Virus record (IMG/VR): IMGVR_UViG_3300022697_000048
Span: 1-48,709 of that record
Length of the DNA: 48,709 nt
Direction: 5' to 3' (one strand)
From: a virus
Lineage: Duplodnaviria; Caudoviricetes
The translations under genes were made by a program, and so were the position numbers. Positions 43,849 to 48,709 of this stretch are shown in pieces. The notes under the pieces were generated by a model. It was not told where the DNA came from. It saw nothing but the letters and a program-made list of their open reading frames with translations, and searched no databases. The first letter of the stretch is position 1, and each line of letters opens with the position of its first letter.

Positions 43849-45959
43849 CGTAATGGTTCTACTATCTTTTTCGTTTCTGCAATGTAATAACTGTAGTCAA
43901 TGTCATTAAAATTGGCAAGTTCAATATTGTTACAAATTGTGACACGGTAGCCAACTTCAAAATTAGTTACACGAGTTTTATACTTTGATCGGTTTTTAGT
44001 ATTTATACGTTCATCCCATGGCATATCAGTTGTGTCTAACTCAACCTCTTCATGGTGTTTATTTATCAACTCATTTAGTACAGTGTTGTAATACTCTGTT
44101 GTTATTTTACTTCTACGGCACCATTGACCAATCTGACAGCCTTTGGTAGGGGGTGATTCTTTTGTTAATACACCAGCATTGATATTGTTGCTGATATAAT
44201 AACGACTAACCCGCTGTAGTCTGGTTGTATCATTGAACAATAATTTATCTGTTCTATTAACTTTAGTACGCAACATAAAATCATAGATATTTTTATGGTT
44301 AATAATAAAATCTTCGATACATTGACCGTTAACTAATGCAGCTTCGGCCGCCATCGGTACAATAAGCGCTGAGTGGTTTTTGTGCCATGTGCGCTCACCT
44401 GTATTGATATTATCTAGTGGTGTTTCATAGCCGTATGCACCTTTGCGTTTAAGGTTGCCACTTTCGTATTCACCAATATAATTATTAACATCACGGATGA
44501 ACATTCGTTTATACACTACACTTTCTAACTCTAGCTTCGTGCAATCCTCCCACCATTTACATATATCATTCATCCAAGTTCTATGCTTGCGTGGGCATCG
44601 CACGGTGACACCATCAGTATTAATTTGTACTAGTGTTAATTTTGGAATTTTTAAAAGTTGTTCGGCAAGTACACACAATAACAATTGCCCGTTAACTGTG
44701 ATTGATAATAGGTATTGTGGGTCATAGATAGGACAGTACTCATCACCAGCGCCACCAAACCCACCACCATTAAGGGCGAGCTTTAGCGCGGCGTTTTCTG
44801 GTGTACCTTTCTTATGTTTTTTACGCTCTTGATATGTTTCATTGTAGATTTTACAAAATAATTTACTCAAATGTTCCGGGTATAATTGATTTTTAATAGC
44901 TACGTTAGGGTAGTAACTTGCAACATCCCAATCAACTAAAATAAAATCATCATTTGATTCAATTGTGGTAGGCTCAATCGATCCGTGAATACCACCTAGC
45001 CCAAAACTAAATTTAAACCCATCAATAACTGTGAATATTGATTTAGGTAATTTTTTAGGTAACCCAATTACGCCATGTTGGTCAAGTTGATCATAAATGT
45101 GTTTAATCTCAACAGTATTATCAAATACACCCTTGGTTTGGGTGACTGTTTTTTGTTGTAGCCATTCGTGTATTAACGCGAATTCAAACCGTTCAAATTT
45201 AATATATGGAAATATTACATTATTTAAATTAATCGATGCTCTCCAAGTTTGTCGTGGTTTACGATACCCATCATCATACGAATAACATATACCTGGTGCT
45301 GATTTTTCTAATTCATCAATAATGTATTCTTTACCTATTTTAACATCGCTATAGTTTAAATATCGTTCGCCTAAATTATCCCTAAACTCAATTGCATCTA
45401 AGCTATGTAAATAAAATTTATGTGTTTCGTCAACATCATTATCGTTATATTCACAAACTTGTCGAGACTCGCTATATGTAAGTACAGTACCGGGTTCATA
45501 CGGCAAATCTTGAATGGTGGCGGATCGCATGTTGAATTCCAGCATCTTGAGTGATGTACTACGGGCTACATTATCAAAGTGATGAATTTTTAATAAGTCA
45601 AGCTGTGCTACCGCTCGTTTTTTTTCTGCTATGTTATTTGAAAAACGATCAACCCATGGTGTTTTAATAATGCGGTTTGATTCTTTAAAAATTTCCTCAT
45701 GGTGGGAAAAGCTTGGATTATATCTATAAATAATATAATGTATTAATGGGTAATCGTAACCAACATTATTATAACCCACCATCCTACACCGGTTAGCACG
45801 TAACGCGTGAAGGAAAAATAGTAACTCGTTATAGTCACAATTCCATTCACTGATTTCAAAAAATCGTCGCTCTTGTGTTAGAGCATGTTTGAGTGACGCA
45901 GTGAATAAGTTAGGATATGATTCTAGATCATATATCCAATCACGGGGGTTAACCCCCAT
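43845..45959 (-). CDS. DNA polymerase, family B, with 3'-5' exonuclease
   Basis: Exo YDLE, GYNN..YD, YND.DV; polymerase DVASYYP, KLALNG, NTDG, NNY...KRKG. Confidence 0.9.
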   Translation of the reverse strand: MGVNPRDWIYDLESYPNLFTASLKHALTQERRFFEISEWNCDYNELLFFLHALRANRCRMVGYNNVGYDYPLIHYIIYRYNPSFSHHEEIFKESNRIIKTPWVDRFSNNIAEKKRAVAQLDLLKIHHFDNVARSTSLKMLEFNMRSATIQDLPYEPGTVLTYSESRQVCEYNDNDVDETHKFYLHSLDAIEFRDNLGERYLNYSDVKIGKEYIIDELEKSAPGICYSYDDGYRKPRQTWRASINLNNVIFPYIKFERFEFALIHEWLQQKTVTQTKGVFDNTVEIKHIYDQLDQHGVIGLPKKLPKSIFTVIDGFKFSFGLGGIHGSIEPTTIESNDDFILVDWDVASYYPNVAIKNQLYPEHLSKLFCKIYNETYQERKKHKKGTPENAALKLALNGGGFGGAGDEYCPIYDPQYLLSITVNGQLLLCVLAEQLLKIPKLTLVQINTDGVTVRCPRKHRTWMNDICKWWEDCTKLELESVVYKRMFIRDVNNYIGEYESGNLKRKGAYGYETPLDNINTGERTWHKNHSALIVPMAAEAALVNGQCIEDFIINHKNIYDFMLRTKVNRTDKLLFNDTTRLQRVSRYYISNNINAGVLTKESPPTKGCQIGQWCRRSKITTEYYNTVLNELINKHHEEVELDTTDMPWDERINTKNRSKYKTRVTNFEVGYRVTICNNIELANFNDIDYSYYIAETKKIVEPLR

Positions 45960-45978
45960 GGGTATTTGATTCCGACAT
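45949..45978 (-). CDS. 9-aa leader ORF (MSESNTHGG) overlapping the polymerase start
   Basis: AGGTGG SD 5 nt before ATG 45978; its stop lies inside the hairpin that covers the polymerase AUG. Confidence 0.5.
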   Translation of the reverse strand: MSESNTHGG

Positions 45979-45998
45979 ACCTACCACCTATTTAAATT

Positions 45999-46031
45999 AA
46001 AAAAAAGGCTACACCATCAATGTGTAGCCTT
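45999..46031 (-). terminator. Rho-independent terminator between ssb and the polymerase
   Basis: AAGGCTACAC-7nt-GTGTAGCCTT stem followed on the minus strand by a U-tract. Confidence 0.8.
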
Positions 46032-46085
46032 GCTCGCAGTTTGCGAAAATCACCTATACCCTACGGGGGGATGGGTATAGGTAAA

Positions 46086-46916
46086 TTACAATTGTTCTAG
46101 TGCGTCGATGTCTGGTTGTTCCCATCCACTATCAAGTAAACTCTTGTGGCTGTGTTGGCTACCGTCAGGTAGTTTAGCAACCTTTTGCTTGGGTGGCGGT
46201 GGCGGCTGTGTAAATTCTGTAGCAGGTTTAACATCATCAGTTTTGCGTGGCGGTGGTGGTACGGCACTACTTGCGGACATACCCTCGTCTAACTGCATGT
46301 TCGCGGGCATATCACCCATTTGACCATCGAATTCAGCAGCGGCGTCTACATCATCATCACCTAATATGAGTTTGCCCGGTTGACGTAAACTAAACGCTTT
46401 ACCTGTTATAAATATACCAGCGGTATCACCTTTGCTAACATCGGCGGTGTTCTTCTTTACTTCCACGACGATTTGACCGTAGTCACCTGTTTTTATTTCA
46501 GCCTCATCAGTAATAGTTCCACTTATTGAAAAGTCATCACCTCTATAACACTGTAGGGGTTTGAAACCATTGCAATGCACAACCCAATGTCCTGCAAATC
46601 CTTCACGCTCACAGGGTATTTTCATTTTCTTATTTGGTTCAGTTGAGTCACCATCTTCAATTTTCCACGCGAACGCACGTTGTGCGTGTTCACCGGTAGG
46701 CCATGACTTAACAGCAAATTCGTAAATCTGGCGACCCCATTTTGTATCTTTCCAATGTGTTTCATTACCTTTCGCAATGGCACAAGCAACATGTGTACCA
46801 TGTTGTATTTCTTTATTCTTCATTACCTTTTGGTTGCCGTTGCTATCCATTACTGGTTTGTTTTTGAGCGGGTGGCCTTGGACATTACGACCGGGTGGTA
46901 GTGTTACTTTTATCAT
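46086..46916 (-). CDS. Single-stranded DNA-binding protein (probable)
   Basis: FAWKIEDGD...EGFAGHWV...GDY...GIFI, acidic/Pro-rich tail; lies between exonuclease and polymerase. Confidence 0.7.
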   Translation of the reverse strand: MIKVTLPPGRNVQGHPLKNKPVMDSNGNQKVMKNKEIQHGTHVACAIAKGNETHWKDTKWGRQIYEFAVKSWPTGEHAQRAFAWKIEDGDSTEPNKKMKIPCEREGFAGHWVVHCNGFKPLQCYRGDDFSISGTITDEAEIKTGDYGQIVVEVKKNTADVSKGDTAGIFITGKAFSLRQPGKLILGDDDVDAAAEFDGQMGDMPANMQLDEGMSASSAVPPPPRKTDDVKPATEFTQPPPPPKQKVAKLPDGSQHSHKSLLDSGWEQPDIDALEQL

Positions 46917-48064
46917 GTAAATAGTCTCCTTAATTGGGTTGGGTTTGTTGCTGTTAATTTTGCACTACCGGATTTACGCTTAACAAATGCTTTCAACTGG
47001 TCATCACTTACACCACGGTCACGCGCTTGTTTAACTGTTATCACATCGACAGGTTTTCGTAAATCATGTTTTATTGTGTCACCAAATGTGGCTATATGCA
47101 ATGGGTTCATGTTCCACATATCACGACCACGACCCGATTCAATAGTATAGCCGGGTACGATTACACCATTCTCAATAGTGCTCATAAGCTGTGTACCTAT
47201 ACTATCCTCTAATTGTTCAAGGTGCCTACGCGCCCGCTGTATATGGGTAAATTGGATAGCCATTTGATCGGGTGGTAAGTTCACAGGGTTAACTTGAGTG
47301 GCCGTTTCATAGAGACTCATACCACCACGTATTGCAGCGGGGCAAGCGTGTAGAGCACAGCAATCACGACAATGTGGACCACTTCTTAGTATTGCTTTAT
47401 CGCTTAACGCCTCATGTGCTTTAGTTTCTAAACGATTAAAAATAGCACGTACATCAGCGAGGTTAAATATCCATTCTTGTATTGGTCCATCAGAGTGATA
47501 ACACCTTGGTTGTACTATACGCAGGTGTACAGTGATTAACTGATCATTAAGATTGTATTTGTGTGCAACACCACAAAGGTATAGTAACAACTGGATACAC
47601 TCGAAAACATCAACCCAGCGCATACCATATTTATAGTCCCATACATACAAATGATTACTATCATCAGCATATATCCATGAGTCAGCGAAACCATAACATT
47701 GATCATGTATAGGCGTGATATCAATACGACTCTCTAAACCGAAATTAGGGCCACCAAATATATTGTTTTTACGTGCGACACTGATTACATCATTTGCATA
47801 CATCATTGCAGCATCGTACATGTCACGTGTAAATAACACACCGTTGGTAGCTGTACGACCATCATAATCTTTAAACGACGGAACACCACCACGACGCATT
47901 TTATCTATACAATCACACCCTATTTCATGAGATGCGGTGCCTTCCATGGCTTCGGTTGTATCAGGTTGGGTATGACCATACAACATGAACATACTAGGAT
48001 ACCCAGTACACCCATGTTCAGCACCCCATTTATTACCTGATGATGGTGATAAAATTGAATGCAT
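46913..48064 (-). CDS. PD-(D/E)XK exonuclease, DUF2800 / Cas4-like
   Basis: HS.LSPSS..W..C, EGTASH, GFAD, DYKYG, QL.LY, IVQPR, HCRDC....CP. Confidence 0.85.
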   Translation of the reverse strand: MHSILSPSSGNKWGAEHGCTGYPSMFMLYGHTQPDTTEAMEGTASHEIGCDCIDKMRRGGVPSFKDYDGRTATNGVLFTRDMYDAAMMYANDVISVARKNNIFGGPNFGLESRIDITPIHDQCYGFADSWIYADDSNHLYVWDYKYGMRWVDVFECIQLLLYLCGVAHKYNLNDQLITVHLRIVQPRCYHSDGPIQEWIFNLADVRAIFNRLETKAHEALSDKAILRSGPHCRDCCALHACPAAIRGGMSLYETATQVNPVNLPPDQMAIQFTHIQRARRHLEQLEDSIGTQLMSTIENGVIVPGYTIESGRGRDMWNMNPLHIATFGDTIKHDLRKPVDVITVKQARDRGVSDDQLKAFVKRKSGSAKLTATNPTQLRRLFT

Positions 48065-48709
48065 TATGAAAACAATGCATTATAAACGGTTGGTATTAAG
48101 TCAGGACGGCCGCCGATTGCGGCATAGTTCGGCACACCAACATTAGTACATGCTGTGTTCACATCATCCATTGTTATTTCCCCACACTGTACGGCGCTGG
48201 TAACTGCTGACAATAATTGTGGTAGTTTAACACTAGTGTTGTTAACTTCTTCACCTTCAGCTATGGGGAGGTTTATAATATCTTCTTTTTCCCAACCACT
48301 CGATTCTAACGCTGTGTACGTGTATGTTTCGTCACCTAATACATACAATACTTCTTTCTTAGGTGGTGGTGGCGCTGGTGCTGCTGTTTCTTTCTTAGGT
48401 GGTGGCGCTGGTGCTGCTGTTTCTTTCTTAGGTGGTGGTGGTGTTTCACCGCTTGGCGCTGACATTAATTGGTCTAATTCGGCTTCGACTTTAATGATTA
48501 AATCTGGTGACACACCTTTTTTGTATTTCCAGCAATCTTTAGTTTCACCGGATTTGTACAATGTTCTACCACTGGAATGAATACGTAAATCATGGGGGCG
48601 TTGTTTACGATCTTTTTTAACATCATCGCTGCTTGTCGCTGCTGCTGCTGGTGTTTCGTCGCTGCTTGTCGCTGCTGCTGCTGGTGTTTCGTCGCTGCTT
48701 GTCGCTGCT
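48064..48709 (-). CDS. 3' part of the join-spanning Pro/Ala-rich protein
   Basis: Frame stays open through the window end and continues into 275..1; PPPPKKETAAPA repeats. Confidence 0.85.
   Translation of the reverse strand, partial: AATSSDETPAAAATSSDETPAAAATSSDDVKKDRKQRPHDLRIHSSGRTLYKSGETKDCWKYKKGVSPDLIIKVEAELDQLMSAPSGETPPPPKKETAAPAPPPKKETAAPAPPPPKKEVLYVLGDETYTYTALESSGWEKEDIINLPIAEGEEVNNTSVKLPQLLSAVTSAVQCGEITMDDVNTACTNVGVPNYAAIGGRPDLIPTVYNALFS
48611..48709. repeat. Terminal direct repeat, right copy
   Basis: Identical to 1-99. Confidence 0.95.

Noticed and set aside
46913-48064. Cas4 as part of a CRISPR system
   Set aside because: Context (SSB, polymerase) and motifs fit the common phage DUF2800 exonuclease
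48611-48709. 99-bp repeat as a biological terminal repeat
   Set aside because: It lies mid-gene in a tandem repeat, its length fits an assembler k-mer overlap, and a GpA-type terminase predicts ends near terS
1-48709. tRNA genes, integrase/lysogeny module, alternative genetic code
   Set aside because: No cloverleaf, integrase, ParA or CI/Cro recognised by eye; long genes are intact under the standard code with all three stop codons used. A tRNAscan/Infernal run would be needed to exclude RNA genes firmly

Overview
The window looks like a complete, circularly assembled genome of a contractile-tailed dsDNA phage. Bases 48611-48709 exactly repeat bases 1-99, giving a unit length of 48,610 bp. 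The host is probably a proteobacterium (sigma70-type promoters, IHF-consensus sites, GH108 endolysin, a lipoprotein); this is inference. Layout: a divergent promoter at about 295-335 drives a rightward operon (thyX, SF2 helicase, VRR-NUC nuclease, cupin, double-TetR-HTH protein, NrS-1-like primase-polymerase-helicase) and a leftward operon crossing the assembly join (Pro/Ala-rich protein, PD-(D/E)XK exonuclease, SSB, family B DNA polymerase). About 7-16 kb holds small accessory genes behind repeated operator-containing promoters. Two repeat-rich non-coding blocks lie at 15967-16629 and 17731-18178. Then come a lambda-type head module, a Mu-like tail and baseplate module with several LamG-domain proteins, and endolysin plus holin. 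I saw no integrase, CI/Cro pair, tRNA or CRISPR array. Most notable: (1) a small terminase with an inserted FtsK-gamma-like winged helix, next to a symmetric iteron/IHF-site locus; (2) a promoter family carrying a GTGAC-N2-GTCAC palindrome, apparently leaderless starts, and a candidate regulator built from two TetR HTHs; (3) a hairpin-sequestered DNA polymerase start overlapped by a 9-aa leader ORF; (4) a non-canonical motif B in that polymerase. All family calls are by-eye motif recognition; no searches were run.
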